Shown: positions 20,635-31,815, counted from the first letter of the stretch. The stretch: 64,000 bases of DNA from Candidatus Woesebacteria bacterium (GCA_044223895.1 JBGALL010000002.1:704-64703), one strand, 5' to 3'. The notes: generated by a model not told the origin, from the letters alone. Numbers and translations are program-made.

Positions 20635-21627
20635 ATGCAATCATTCCATCCACACCTACCTTCGAAAAAAAGAACAATTTTCATGTTGGTTCTTGCCTTA
20701 TTGGTGTTATTTGGTGGAAGTTACTTAGCAGCGGTGAAGATTCGGACCCAGATGAATAAACATAATATAGAAATAGTCCAAAAAGAAACCGCCGTTGCCG
20801 ATGTACAACCAAATACTTCCACAGGGGGTTCGTTTGGGAATATACCCAATGAGTCAGCGACACCAACCCTAGATATAACTCTAACACCTTCCCCCAGCCC
20901 TACACCTACTACTACCCCCAAACCGCCAACCCCAACTCCGATCAAAGATGATCTACAATTGACCAGGTTTTATATCCAAGGCCAATACAGTTCCCCGACT
21001 ACTACCACTGCAGATTCTCAGGGAAACCCTGAATCGTATACTTTTGAAGAACATATTGGTATCAATGCCTTCTATGTTGCAGATTCAATAAAGAATAATG
21101 GTCCCAATACTATTAAAAATATTAAACATCAGTTGTGGGTAAACGGAAAATTACAATCTGAAAAAATTATCGATCAATTATCGGCAAATGAGGAAAAAAA
21201 CTTGGTTGACTTTTATTTGCCCCAATCTCCCGCTACTTACTCACTGGAAATTAAAGTAAATCCAGATCATATCATTATCGAAAATAATTATGGAAATAAT
21301 ACTCTCTCTAGAAAGTTCATAGTCATCAACGATAAAACTGCACCAGAGATTCGAAGTATTGATGTCTATCGTGACCTACCCCATCAACAAAGTTGTCTAG
21401 TTTTCTCGGTGAGCGACAATGTATCCAGTCCCAATGAAATAAAATATCAAGAAAAATTAGATGGAGAAGAATTTCATGAAATAACCTGGGATCATTCCCA
21501 GGAAGCTGGCTATCAACGTTGCCTCTCAGGTCCTGTTGGTGAGCCTCATGTGTATACCTTAAAAGTTAGAGATAATAGAGGAAACGAGAATGAACGATCC
21601 TATGGGTTTCAATTGCTAGGGTTTTAG
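20635..21627 (+). CDS. membrane-anchored secreted protein with Pro/Thr-rich linker and CARDB-like/Ig-like domains
   Basis: N-terminal TM anchor, TPTLDITLTPSPSPTPTTTPKPPTPTP linker, beta-rich repeats; SD GGAGA before ATG. Confidence 0.5.
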   Translation: MQSFHPHLPSKKRTIFMLVLALLVLFGGSYLAAVKIRTQMNKHNIEIVQKETAVADVQPNTSTGGSFGNIPNESATPTLDITLTPSPSPTPTTTPKPPTPTPIKDDLQLTRFYIQGQYSSPTTTTADSQGNPESYTFEEHIGINAFYVADSIKNNGPNTIKNIKHQLWVNGKLQSEKIIDQLSANEEKNLVDFYLPQSPATYSLEIKVNPDHIIIENNYGNNTLSRKFIVINDKTAPEIRSIDVYRDLPHQQSCLVFSVSDNVSSPNEIKYQEKLDGEEFHEITWDHSQEAGYQRCLSGPVGEPHVYTLKVRDNRGNENERSYGFQLLGF

Positions 21628-21811
21628 CCTTTTATTTATGCGGTTTGAATATATATATTTCTTTTTCCAGGAATAGAGCGTTCTAGGGGATTTTGAATTG
21701 CCTATTATCATCCACATATTTTATTTTTCGTATATTCACTTTAGGTTATATGCTTTCATCCTTCTCAAAAAAATAATAGTTTGTATCTTTTTTACTCGGA
21801 ATAATTAAATT

Positions 21812-23320
21812 TTAAAAACTTATAGGTGTAGAATATTGACCGTGGACGTTGTCTGGGGTTACACCTTTTAATCTATAGGAAACAGGAAATTTGGGTGGAA
21901 TGTCTGTAATATTTGGATTGATATCTTTTAAAGAAGAATTGATAACCTCCCATGAGGTTCCCTGATTACTACTTCTTTCGAGAATATATGTGGCCGATGT
22001 CGGACTACCTCTCCACGAAAGTACAACTTGTGTGCCGTTTTTTGTTCCCTGAAGGAGCGGTGAATTTGGGGGTGAATGAAGTATTACAGAACTATTTCTC
22101 ATGCGAAAAAAATGACCTCTTATCATCTGAGTGCGATTGATTTCATCTGCACTAATTCCGGGATAGTACATTGAATAGCCATCATTATGCATGACAAACC
22201 CTTTTGTATCATCATGACTAAATAATGACCAGAAAATTGCAATATTTGTTTTGCTTAGCTCAATGTTGTTGAGATAAGAACCAAGATCATCAGATTCGTT
22301 TCTTCCACCATTCCATTTATATTCACCTAAGATATATGCTTTACCACTAGAGCTCACATATTGTGATTCGTTGGTTAGTTCTGATTTAGTGCGGTAATGG
22401 TTTGAAAATATATCTACATTGGTAAGTTTTAAACTTTCTGAATCTACGCCGTAATGTCCATCTATAACGAGTTGTTGAGGAGCTATTGATTTAATATAGT
22501 CAGAAATTTCCTTGGTCCAAGGAGAAAAATGCATATCCCAGGAAAGTTCATTGCCTGTTTCCCAGGCCATTATTGTAGGATCATCTTTATATGCTTTCTG
22601 GGTAAATGAATTTACATGAGTAATGACTGAATAGATATATTTCTTATAGGCATCGATTACCGATCTGTTGGTATAAAATTGATTTTCGGGAACTCCATAC
22701 CATGAGCTAAAAACAGATTTTCCTCCATGAAAATATGCATAATTATCCGTTAAGGTAAGTATTAATCGGAGATTATTGTCTTTTGCTATTTTTACTGCAT
22801 AATCAAGCGACTGAAAGGCTTGTGGATTAATTTTATCTTTTGCGGGTTGTATACAGAGTGAGCAACCTACTGAATTTGCCCAGGTTCGTACTACATTCCC
22901 ACCCATTTCTTTGACTGTATATAGAGCATCATTGATACGAAATTGAGATGGATATACCAGTTGTCCATTCTGAGAATCTAGTTGGAGCCAAAAAATATTC
23001 GCTCCTACAAATCGAACTTGTTTCCCATTGATATACAAATCCGAACGTTCTCTCGTCACAAATGTACTCGTTACTGGTGTATCAGTTTTGCCATAATCTC
23101 GGAGCCAAATGACATAATCTTTTCCATCCACAAACCCATTTAAATCATAGTCACCAGAGCTTTGTGATTTCCCGTAACCATTGAGCCACATAGTATAGTC
23201 TTTTCCATCGACTATATTATCTCTGTTGCCGTCGGCTGGGAGAAATGCATACACACGTTCAAAAGTATTGAACAAAAACAGAAAGGTCAGTACAAAAAAC
23301 AGTAGTTTACCCTTTTTCAT
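21812..23320 (-). CDS. secreted modular glycoside hydrolase: N-terminal type-I dockerin + GH5-like (clan GH-A) catalytic domain + C-terminal fibronectin-III-like domain
   Basis: signal peptide; DGNRDNIVDGKDYTMWLNGYG / GDYDLNGFVDGKDYVIWLRDYG dockerin segments; WETGNEL acid/base and ILGEY nucleophile motifs; C-terminal VVLSWRGSPTSATYILER Fn3-like. Confidence 0.7.
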   Translation of the reverse strand: MKKGKLLFFVLTFLFLFNTFERVYAFLPADGNRDNIVDGKDYTMWLNGYGKSQSSGDYDLNGFVDGKDYVIWLRDYGKTDTPVTSTFVTRERSDLYINGKQVRFVGANIFWLQLDSQNGQLVYPSQFRINDALYTVKEMGGNVVRTWANSVGCSLCIQPAKDKINPQAFQSLDYAVKIAKDNNLRLILTLTDNYAYFHGGKSVFSSWYGVPENQFYTNRSVIDAYKKYIYSVITHVNSFTQKAYKDDPTIMAWETGNELSWDMHFSPWTKEISDYIKSIAPQQLVIDGHYGVDSESLKLTNVDIFSNHYRTKSELTNESQYVSSSGKAYILGEYKWNGGRNESDDLGSYLNNIELSKTNIAIFWSLFSHDDTKGFVMHNDGYSMYYPGISADEINRTQMIRGHFFRMRNSSVILHSPPNSPLLQGTKNGTQVVLSWRGSPTSATYILERSSNQGTSWEVINSSLKDINPNITDIPPKFPVSYRLKGVTPDNVHGQYSTPISF

Positions 23321-23376
23321 TGAATATCTATAACTATATCATTTTGGAAGAGTTCTTGGTGAAAGGTTTTATAAGT

Positions 23377-24315
23377 TTAAACAAAAGAGAGATTTTCGTA
23401 AGCTCTTTGAGCTTTTTTTATAATCTGTTGAAAAGTATTCATTGTTTCAATAGCTTTTGAAAAATCTTTTCCTGACCACTGAAACGGAAGTTTTACTGAA
23501 GGATCCATGGCATGGGAGGTAATGCCATACCGTTCTATATCACCAATAGTTGGGTTGGTATCAGCGAACAGATTTCTACCATAGTGGAGTTGAGGCTTTT
23601 GCAATAAATCAAATAATCCTACTCCTCTTTCTTTGCCATGATGGAGGGCGGCATAGGTTCTTTTACCTACTGACCAAGCCTCATTCTCCCCTCTCATGGT
23701 TACCCGATCACCACCATGATTATTAGGTATATGCCCTGCTTCATGAAATCCTATCAACATCCATGGCTCGCCGAGAAATAAGAATCCTAATCCAGTATAA
23801 AGGATCCAAACATTTTCATTTCCTAATAGTATGGACATCTCATCTTTTCCTACTGCCCATCTGGTGAGTGTAGGCTTAATTGTAAAACGTACATTTCTAG
23901 GAGCCCCAAATAATCTTTCTAAGGGTATACTTTGTGATAGTACTTGCATTCCAGATTGTTTATCTGTTTCCAATAAATCATAGGTTCCATAGTATCCTAG
24001 TATTCCCGCTTCTGGTCCGTTTCCGCCACTGATAGGATGCAGGACCAGTTGTGTAGCTGTATCATTCTGCTTATTCCAACGAACCGCTATTCTGGGATGG
24101 TGTGAACCAAGACCTTGTTCTATAAGGAGATCAGAGGATTCTAAATGCCGAGTTCGATCTGATAGTCCATCAAGGGTTTGTTGAACTAGTTCGTGTTCTG
24201 TTTGAGCATCTGCTAGTGAACTGGTAAACACCAGTTCAGGATTCCTGATTGTTTCTGAAAGTATTTCTGGTAGCTCAGAGGAGCGTCCCATTTCAAATCG
24301 AAAACCGCCTTCCAC
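23377..24315 (-). CDS. hypothetical protein with C-terminal HExxH zinc-metalloprotease-like motif
   Basis: GFHEAGHIPNNHGGD; 312 aa, no signal peptide. Confidence 0.45.
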   Translation of the reverse strand: MEGGFRFEMGRSSELPEILSETIRNPELVFTSSLADAQTEHELVQQTLDGLSDRTRHLESSDLLIEQGLGSHHPRIAVRWNKQNDTATQLVLHPISGGNGPEAGILGYYGTYDLLETDKQSGMQVLSQSIPLERLFGAPRNVRFTIKPTLTRWAVGKDEMSILLGNENVWILYTGLGFLFLGEPWMLIGFHEAGHIPNNHGGDRVTMRGENEAWSVGKRTYAALHHGKERGVGLFDLLQKPQLHYGRNLFADTNPTIGDIERYGITSHAMDPSVKLPFQWSGKDFSKAIETMNTFQQIIKKAQRAYENLSFV

Positions 24316-24465
24316 AGGTTTATATTATAGGCTATTATTGCTTCGCTTTCAAGTAAACAATTAGATGTATATCTTAAAAAAAGAACGTATAATTAGATTG
24401 TGATTTATAAGAAGATTAATCTTGTTCGATAAATAAATATATACCTTTGATATTAAATATCTTAA

Positions 24466-25032
24466 TTGCAAAAATATATCAAAATTATGAAAAATATCAA
24501 TAGAATATCGAGGAAAAATGTAATAATAGGGATTCTTTGTATCATCACGTTAATCATTTTTATATCAGTAGCCTATGTAGTAGATCAGTTAACCGACGAA
24601 GATAGGGATTATCTATTAAATGACGAAATGTTGAAACTCGTTAATGAGCTGAATGTTTATAAAGCTCAACATGGAATATATCCAAAAAGTATTTTGGAAA
24701 TACGGCAAACAGAAAATTTGTGTGTAACCATGGGGTATACCAAATGTAAAAAAGTACTCTATCGCCCAATAAAAAATTACTCTGACTTCCATTTAGCCAT
24801 GCACTCCTTTACCTGGGTTGAGTTATGGTATCGAAAAGATGTTTGTCGAGGTCCGAATGATCCGCATTTAACGAATGAAGAAAGTGATGCTATCGTACAA
24901 CAATATGGGACGATTTATTATTTTTGTGCTGCTAAACCAGAAAGTTATCCCTTATCAAATTCAACAACCTTTCCTGTTTATAGAAAGGAACCTAAAATTT
25001 TTGATAATCCTGACGAATGGCCGGTGTTGTAA
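24466..25032 (+). CDS. hypothetical protein with N-terminal TM anchor
   Basis: 188-aa ORF. Confidence 0.4.
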   Translation: MQKYIKIMKNINRISRKNVIIGILCIITLIIFISVAYVVDQLTDEDRDYLLNDEMLKLVNELNVYKAQHGIYPKSILEIRQTENLCVTMGYTKCKKVLYRPIKNYSDFHLAMHSFTWVELWYRKDVCRGPNDPHLTNEESDAIVQQYGTIYYFCAAKPESYPLSNSTTFPVYRKEPKIFDNPDEWPVL

Positions 25033-25049
25033 TTTGTATCGTGGAATTT

Positions 25050-26810
25050 TTACCGATTTGTAGTGTCTGGTGTATCACATGGAACTTTAACCTGTTGACC
25101 TACTTCCAACATATTTTGTTTTGCTTGTGATAGTTCATTCAGTTGTAAAAGATTTGGATAATCGGCTCCGTCACCGTAGACTTTTTCTGATATAGACCAA
25201 TATGAATCTCCTTCGTTAGTTGTGTAATAGCAATCTTTTGGCTGTGCGATTGGTTTTTCTTGTACGAAGTTTCCAATTTCGAATAACTTCCAATCTCCAA
25301 AATCATGTACTAATTTAGTAAACGATTCCTTCTCTGCAAACAAATTCGGGTAGGTAGTATTTACAATATCTTCTACCCCAGATCCTTCCGAAGTTGGCTT
25401 ATTTACCAGAAAATACTTCAGGTCTGAATTAGAAAAAGGAAATTTCAAATTATTAGAAAAGTTCTCGTCAATTGATTGAATGAATAAGGATGAATTTTGA
25501 GTGAAATATATAATTGAAAATCCCACTTTATCATCCACTAATATTTTCCCCTGATGAATATTGTTAGTCAGATAGGCTGCTATATCTTTAGCATGTTCAT
25601 AATTGTAATATTGCGAAGAATTAGTACCGCGTTTAAGAGCATCAATAACGATGTACTCTTGATTGTTTAACTGATTGTTAGACATCGCATACCCTGCTGT
25701 TATTGATGACAAAAAAACTAATAATAGAATTGCGGTAGTAATTATTTTTTGGGCAATGATAGAAAACCTTTCTTTCAATGCAGATATGCAGATCATAGCT
25801 ACAATCCATGTAGTTGGAATGACAAACATAAAATATCTCAACTCACCTACTGTTTTACCAAGGGTATACAGGACAACTTGTGCAAACACCAAACTGAGTC
25901 CTGAACCAAGAACTGTTGCGACTAGAAAGCGATTTTTATTTTTTGAGATGATCATAGCTAATAGGGATATAATTGGCACTAATGGTGCTAGGAAAAAAAC
26001 TTTAGCAAGGCCATTCATGAATAAGTGTAGGTGATCAATTTTAGCCACTATGTGGTTTAAGCCATCTCCCAGATTGTTATCTATTTGTTCCGCTGCCGGG
26101 AAAAAGTTTCCCGTTACAAAATAGCTAATTAATAACCAACCAGCAATAATACACGCAATTGGAAAAATATATAAAATACCGTTGGATTCAAATCTTGAAA
26201 GATAGATTTTATATTGCGTAACATGTTGAGCAAATAAGATGACAAGAAAAATTGGTAAGAGGATGAACATCTCCCAACGCGTCATAATGCCCAGAGATAA
26301 ACCAAAGGCTGAAACAATGAGAAACAAGATGTTTTCGCTACTAATATACTTCAGAAAAAAATATAGAGTTAACAGGTAAAAGAAAATACCAATGATTTCT
26401 GACATACCATTTATACCATATAAATACATCATTGGATTTATAAACATGAGAAGTATTCCTATATACCTTACAACGGTTGAAACATTGAAAAATTTTGCAA
26501 TTCGCTCTAGTAAAAATAAACTGAGAATGAAAAAAATAGCTGAAGTGATATTGCCGATAATTCCTGAATAATGAATACTACTAATCCAAGCGAATGGCAA
26601 CTGGACTAGCGTTTGCATTGGTGGCCAAACAAAGCCTATCGCGCTAAGTTTTGGATGAGTGCCAAAAAAAACTTGGTAAATGTGATACGAACGAGCTAAC
26701 GCGTCACCAAATACCACATGCAGTCGCAAGTTTAAATATAATCCACCAAGTACGGCCATCGCAAAGAATAGTGTGAATATGCTGAATTTAATATAGGTAA
26801 AAACTTTCAT
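25050..26810 (-). CDS. polytopic membrane protein (GT-C-like glycosyltransferase fold, ~12 TM) with C-terminal LysM domain
   Basis: N-terminal 400 aa hydrophobic helices; C-terminal TNEGDSYWSISEKVYGDGADYPNLLQLNEL...VGQQVKVP LysM consensus; 4-nt overlap with epimerase gene. Confidence 0.55.
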   Translation of the reverse strand: MKVFTYIKFSIFTLFFAMAVLGGLYLNLRLHVVFGDALARSYHIYQVFFGTHPKLSAIGFVWPPMQTLVQLPFAWISSIHYSGIIGNITSAIFFILSLFLLERIAKFFNVSTVVRYIGILLMFINPMMYLYGINGMSEIIGIFFYLLTLYFFLKYISSENILFLIVSAFGLSLGIMTRWEMFILLPIFLVILFAQHVTQYKIYLSRFESNGILYIFPIACIIAGWLLISYFVTGNFFPAAEQIDNNLGDGLNHIVAKIDHLHLFMNGLAKVFFLAPLVPIISLLAMIISKNKNRFLVATVLGSGLSLVFAQVVLYTLGKTVGELRYFMFVIPTTWIVAMICISALKERFSIIAQKIITTAILLLVFLSSITAGYAMSNNQLNNQEYIVIDALKRGTNSSQYYNYEHAKDIAAYLTNNIHQGKILVDDKVGFSIIYFTQNSSLFIQSIDENFSNNLKFPFSNSDLKYFLVNKPTSEGSGVEDIVNTTYPNLFAEKESFTKLVHDFGDWKLFEIGNFVQEKPIAQPKDCYYTTNEGDSYWSISEKVYGDGADYPNLLQLNELSQAKQNMLEVGQQVKVPCDTPDTTNR

Positions 26811-27751
26811 ATTGATTCAAGACTATACAAGTACTTATGTAATCGTCTCATGCCGATAGGCAATGGGACGGTTGGTTTAAAGGATAATTCTCGACGAATT
26901 TTTTTGATATTCGCCGCTAAGACATTGATGTCACCCTTCCAACTTTGATTTGTGTAGGTAATCTTCAATTCATCAATTGAAAGTATCTTTACTAAGTGAA
27001 CAACTATGTCGCGTATACTAATATTTTTTCCACCAGCGATGTTATATATCCCGCCTGATTCTGCTTTTTTGGCAGCAAGAATGAAGGCTTTTACGGTATC
27101 TTTGACATACGAATAATCACGAAGTTGTCTTCCTGTACCAAGAACTTCCAATTTTGTTCTATCCTTATAAAGCTTCCTTAATAAATCAAACATTACGTAC
27201 CGTGGCTGTCTTTCTCCATAGGTATTAAAGATACGCATGGTTACAAAAGGTAATTTATATGTATGTGCATAGGCTCTTCCCAAATGTTCAATAGCCAGTT
27301 TTGAGGCACCATACGGTGAGATAGGATTCGTCGGATGTTTTTCATCGATAGGGGTATATACCGGGTTTCCATACACAGCGGCGCTTGAAGCAAATATAAA
27401 TTTTTCTATATTATGTTTTACTGCACTGGTTAATAAGTTATAACTGCCCACGATATTAACGTTAAAATCATATCCAGGATCATTAACAGATCTAGGAACA
27501 TCGGCATTTGCTGCCAAATGGAAGATTATTTGATTTTTTTTCACTACTGCATCTACCTTTTTGGCGTTGAGTATATCGAGCTTTATAAACGTTATGTTTT
27601 TCTTAGATTTTACTAAGTTACGTAAATGACCAGTTATCAGGTTATCAATAACCGTAACTTTTGCGCCTTCAGCTACTAATGCATCAACAAGATGAGATCC
27701 TATAAACCCTGCTCCACCCGTAACGATAACTTTTTTATTTTTGAGTGTCAT
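26807..27751 (-). CDS. NAD-dependent sugar epimerase/dehydratase (UDP-glucose 4-epimerase-like SDR)
   Basis: VTGGAGFIGSHLV Rossmann motif, YGASK catalytic YxxxK. Confidence 0.8.
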   Translation of the reverse strand: MTLKNKKVIVTGGAGFIGSHLVDALVAEGAKVTVIDNLITGHLRNLVKSKKNITFIKLDILNAKKVDAVVKKNQIIFHLAANADVPRSVNDPGYDFNVNIVGSYNLLTSAVKHNIEKFIFASSAAVYGNPVYTPIDEKHPTNPISPYGASKLAIEHLGRAYAHTYKLPFVTMRIFNTYGERQPRYVMFDLLRKLYKDRTKLEVLGTGRQLRDYSYVKDTVKAFILAAKKAESGGIYNIAGGKNISIRDIVVHLVKILSIDELKITYTNQSWKGDINVLAANIKKIRRELSFKPTVPLPIGMRRLHKYLYSLESI

Positions 27752-27761
27752 ATGTATCCTT

Positions 27762-28931
27762 TCATGAAACGTTTGAAACTATTTGTATTAGACCGTGTAC
27801 ATTTTCTTTCCAGGAAAAACTTTTTACTGCCAGGTCTCTACATTGTTTAGCCATTGATTTTCGAAGAGATGGGTTTAATTGAATATGGGCAACTTTCTCT
27901 TGCATTGATTGTGGATCGTTTACAGGGGTAATGTAGCCATGTGTACCTGCTTTGATTACTTCTATATGTCCCCCACTTCTGGTAGCTATGACAGGTATCC
28001 CACTGGCAAAGGATTCTAATATAACCATCGGAAAGCCTTCACCTTGGATAGATGGCAATATAAATACATCCGAGGCAGCATAATATGCTGGTAAATCTTC
28101 ATCTTTTATAAACCCTAACAATTTAACATTCGATATCTTGTGGGTTGTGATATATTTTTCAATATTTTGTTTGTCTGGTCCGGTACCACCCAAAAGAAAA
28201 AGGGTGTTTTTGTGAGTATGTAATTGTGCAATCTGAAGAAATGTCTCAATACCATTTTTGAAGGTTAATCTACGTACCGTAAAACAAATAAAAGCATCGA
28301 CTGGTAGATTATATTGTTTGCGCAGAGCTGCTCGATTTTTGGCTGGAGTAAATCTGGCTATATCTACACCGTTATAGACGACTATACTTTTCTTAGCTAC
28401 TTTTGCTATAGAATTGACGTATTTATTTGTCTCTTCGCTAACAGAAATTATCTTAGTACTGTGAACTAAATTATAGCGACCAAAAATATAATCAAGGAGT
28501 GAAGAAAGAATATTCATAATTTTTGACTTGGAGATAATTTTGGTATTGTGTTGAGTCAAAATAACTGGTTTTTTATATATCTGACAAAGTAAAATACAGA
28601 TGAACGAAAACATATAGGGATGTCCGTGAACGTTCACCACGTCGGCTTTTTTGACTGAATCTATCAGAGTCTTATACGTCTTCACTGTTGGCATAGGAAG
28701 TGCAAAGGGAATACCAAACCATTTGTATGTCATATTCAAACTCTTCACTCTCGAAATAGGAATATTATCTGGAGTTGTATTCGGATCGTTATTACTAAAT
28801 TGAGATGTCAGCAACGAAACAGAATATCCTGCTTTTTTCAGCTCTCGAGATTGATTCATGATTACTTCCTCTATCCCACCTTTAAATGAAAGATATTGAT
28901 AGGCAATAAGAATGTGCTTCTTTTGTTTCAT
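27762..28931 (-). CDS. glycosyltransferase family 4 (GT-B, retaining)
   Basis: EGFPMVILESFASGIPVIAT E-x7-E motif region. Confidence 0.8.
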   Translation of the reverse strand: MKQKKHILIAYQYLSFKGGIEEVIMNQSRELKKAGYSVSLLTSQFSNNDPNTTPDNIPISRVKSLNMTYKWFGIPFALPMPTVKTYKTLIDSVKKADVVNVHGHPYMFSFICILLCQIYKKPVILTQHNTKIISKSKIMNILSSLLDYIFGRYNLVHSTKIISVSEETNKYVNSIAKVAKKSIVVYNGVDIARFTPAKNRAALRKQYNLPVDAFICFTVRRLTFKNGIETFLQIAQLHTHKNTLFLLGGTGPDKQNIEKYITTHKISNVKLLGFIKDEDLPAYYAASDVFILPSIQGEGFPMVILESFASGIPVIATRSGGHIEVIKAGTHGYITPVNDPQSMQEKVAHIQLNPSLRKSMAKQCRDLAVKSFSWKENVHGLIQIVSNVS

Positions 28932-29680
28932 ATAGATGTAACAGTAGGTATTAACCTTCTGGTATTTTTTCTAGATTTGGATGGACTCCAAAATAAATTT
29001 TTAGAGAAAACATGTAGGATTCTTAAACCATCTGAAACAGCAGATATCTTAGATTCACCATGGCGTTTTTCGTAGGTTATTGGAACAGAATACATGCGAA
29101 AGCCAAGTCGCTTCATCTTGGTAATCATATCCATTTCTAACTCAAATCCTTCACTTTGAAGATGAGGAAACATAGAGTCAATGACTTCTTTTTTCCAAGA
29201 AAAATAGCCACTCAAGACATCGGTTACGTTTGCTTGATAAAACTGTCGTACTAAGAAGGTGTACGACCAGTTAACAATTCTGTTTTGAAATTTTAATGAG
29301 TCTTTCTTGATATCTCCCCCAAGCCTTGACCCTACAACTACGTCACAGAAATCACTCAATAATGGTTCTATCATTCGTAATACTTCTTTGGCTGCGTATG
29401 TTCCATCACCATCAAGCATGACTATGAAGTCTGTATCAAAATCAATTGAGCGGAATCCTGTCATGATGGCGTGACCTTTTCCTTTTTTGTGTTCAAAAAT
29501 TACCTCTGCCTTAAATTGTTTTGCAACCTTTGCGGTATTGTCGGTTGAATTATTATCAATCACGAGAATTTTGGTCAAAATACCTAATTTCTTTAATGAA
29601 GTAATAGGTATAGTAGAAAGCACCTTCACAAGGCCTTTTTCTTCATTGTGGCAAGGAATGATAATTGTCAGTTTTTTCAT
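28928..29680 (-). CDS. glycosyltransferase family 2 (dolichyl-phosphate sugar transferase-like)
   Basis: IIIPCHNEE ... VIDNNSTDNT ... DGDGTY GT-A motifs. Confidence 0.8.
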   Translation of the reverse strand: MKKLTIIIPCHNEEKGLVKVLSTIPITSLKKLGILTKILVIDNNSTDNTAKVAKQFKAEVIFEHKKGKGHAIMTGFRSIDFDTDFIVMLDGDGTYAAKEVLRMIEPLLSDFCDVVVGSRLGGDIKKDSLKFQNRIVNWSYTFLVRQFYQANVTDVLSGYFSWKKEVIDSMFPHLQSEGFELEMDMITKMKRLGFRMYSVPITYEKRHGESKISAVSDGLRILHVFSKNLFWSPSKSRKNTRRLIPTVTSI

Positions 29681-29682
29681 AT

Positions 29683-31245
29683 TTATATCTGTGCAAATCT
29701 AGGCCAGAAGGAATTTCTAGACTGAGACTTTTTGGTATGTGTTTTGGGAGTGTTTTTTTGTAAATGCAGACCATGTTTAGTTTTTGACCAATAATGGGGT
29801 GCGACTATGAATTCGTAAACTGCGACCCATGCTGCAAAACTCATTGCTAACCAATAGAAGGGAACAAATATTGCATACTTAACTAAGCCGTAATGCCCAT
29901 GTTTTGCACAACCTACCATATAGAAATACAAATAAAGCATGTTTCCCAAGAACAATGAAATCGTTCCCATATAAAAGACTGGAGCAAGAAATAATGTGTC
30001 AATAAAATTACCCACATGACTTCTGAAAACAAAATAAGAAATTGTTATTCCCCACATGAAAGGATTTATCAACATTGAGAAAACCTTTCCTCCAACGATA
30101 AGTTGGAAAAAGAAACCATCAACCTTATATCTTTTGGAGGAAAATTCGGTCAGATCTCTCATATGCATGAAGTAGGTTTGGACATAACCCTTTATCCATC
30201 GAGTTCTTTGATTAAACCAATTCTTTAAATCACTATTAGCTTCTTCGAGAGTTACCGAATCAAGAATAGCGGTCGTTAAACCATTCTTTGATAGGCGCAT
30301 TCCTAAATCACAATCTTCGGTAACATTGAATGAATCCCAGCCACCTAATACATCAAGATCTTTGGTTCTAAAATGATTCGATGTTCCACCGAGTGGAATA
30401 GGAGCTGAAATTGACTGAAGTCCAGTTAACACTAGTTCAAACCATAAAGAATATTCAGCAGTAAAAATTCTTGATAACAAATTCTGGTTGGGGTTGTAGA
30501 AATTTAATTTAGCTTGTAAACATGCGACGTTTTTCGGCAATTGTTCAAATGCTAGTACTGATTTTTTTAACTGCCAAATGTCGGGGATATCTTCAGCATC
30601 ATAGATAACCGTATACTCCCCTTTGGCAAATTGAAGTCCATAGTTACAAGCTTTTGGCTTGGTTTTTGGTTTAGAATGAGGAACAACACGAATTTCAAAG
30701 GTTGAGGGCAATTTCATTTTTTGTATTTCTTCAATACTTTCTTTGTCATCTTCTTCAAGAAGAAGCATGATTTGTAGTTTTTCTTTCGGATAACTGATTT
30801 TTTGCATTGCCTCAACGAATTGTGGAACAACCTTCCATTCTTTATACAGTGGACATAAGATGGTGTAGGTTGGCCATGATTTTCTGTCTGAAATTGCTCT
30901 TTCCTTTACCGTAATTTCCGTTGCTTGTAGAAATGACCGAACTATAAGAAATAGATTAAATAGAAGATCGGTAAAATATAAGGAAGTTATAATAGAAACA
31001 AATACAACTAAGGTAGTATGCCATTGGGCGACGAAGCCTAGCGTGAGCAAGAGTATCATTATGGATAATACTACGAGCTGCATGCTATTTACTCGAGAAT
31101 AGGCTGTTTTTGCCGGAGGCAAGCGAGAATGATGAACGTAGTCGACCCCATTGTGTCTGAAGCCAAATCCGCCTTTTATCTTTATTTCAGCCTCAGAAAA
31201 CGGTGTAACTGGGCTGGAGCTAAACAATTCCCTAAGCTGTTTCAT
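29683..31245 (-). CDS. processive family-2 glycosyltransferase (cellulose/chitin/hyaluronan-synthase-like, D,D,D,QxxRW) with C-terminal TM helices
   Basis: DAEDIPD, TEDCDLG and QRTRWIKG motifs; membrane helices both sides. Confidence 0.7.
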   Translation of the reverse strand: MKQLRELFSSSPVTPFSEAEIKIKGGFGFRHNGVDYVHHSRLPPAKTAYSRVNSMQLVVLSIMILLLTLGFVAQWHTTLVVFVSIITSLYFTDLLFNLFLIVRSFLQATEITVKERAISDRKSWPTYTILCPLYKEWKVVPQFVEAMQKISYPKEKLQIMLLLEEDDKESIEEIQKMKLPSTFEIRVVPHSKPKTKPKACNYGLQFAKGEYTVIYDAEDIPDIWQLKKSVLAFEQLPKNVACLQAKLNFYNPNQNLLSRIFTAEYSLWFELVLTGLQSISAPIPLGGTSNHFRTKDLDVLGGWDSFNVTEDCDLGMRLSKNGLTTAILDSVTLEEANSDLKNWFNQRTRWIKGYVQTYFMHMRDLTEFSSKRYKVDGFFFQLIVGGKVFSMLINPFMWGITISYFVFRSHVGNFIDTLFLAPVFYMGTISLFLGNMLYLYFYMVGCAKHGHYGLVKYAIFVPFYWLAMSFAAWVAVYEFIVAPHYWSKTKHGLHLQKNTPKTHTKKSQSRNSFWPRFAQI

Positions 31246-31815
31246 AGTAATTATTACAAGACATAATAATACATACTATGAGCCTATATGTCAAGGATGG
31301 AAAACGGTATTTAACCAGTAACAACCTTGAAGCTATATCTGCAAGTTTAGAGGAGGTTTTGAAGGTAAAGAAAGAAATATTTATACATTGAGACCTTGAG
31401 GTTTTGCTTTATGTTTCCACAAACATCCTTGCGAATTTTGTGGATCTTGGGGAATACCTACTATTGATAATTAAATAGCTAGTATTAAATTCTGTTCTAG
31501 TTCTGTCTGTTTGGATTTGTCACAAAAAATACTTAAAGGTTATTCATCTGGACGATATATACTCCATGTAGTGTTACCATCTTTAATTACTTATAGTTTT
31601 CCTGGTGGATGCGGTTCTGGATTATATGCATTATTTGACCAATGCATTAGAGTGAACTATTTTTAGTAATTTTATGTCTTAGATAACAATATTAATTTCT
31701 ATTATCTCGTTTAGTATTTTTATTTACAGTATTCTAATGGTCTATAACTTGAAATACATAGAAAGTTGCTTTTGAAAAATTAATATTTCAGAAGAAATAT
31801 TCCAGAATATAGAAC

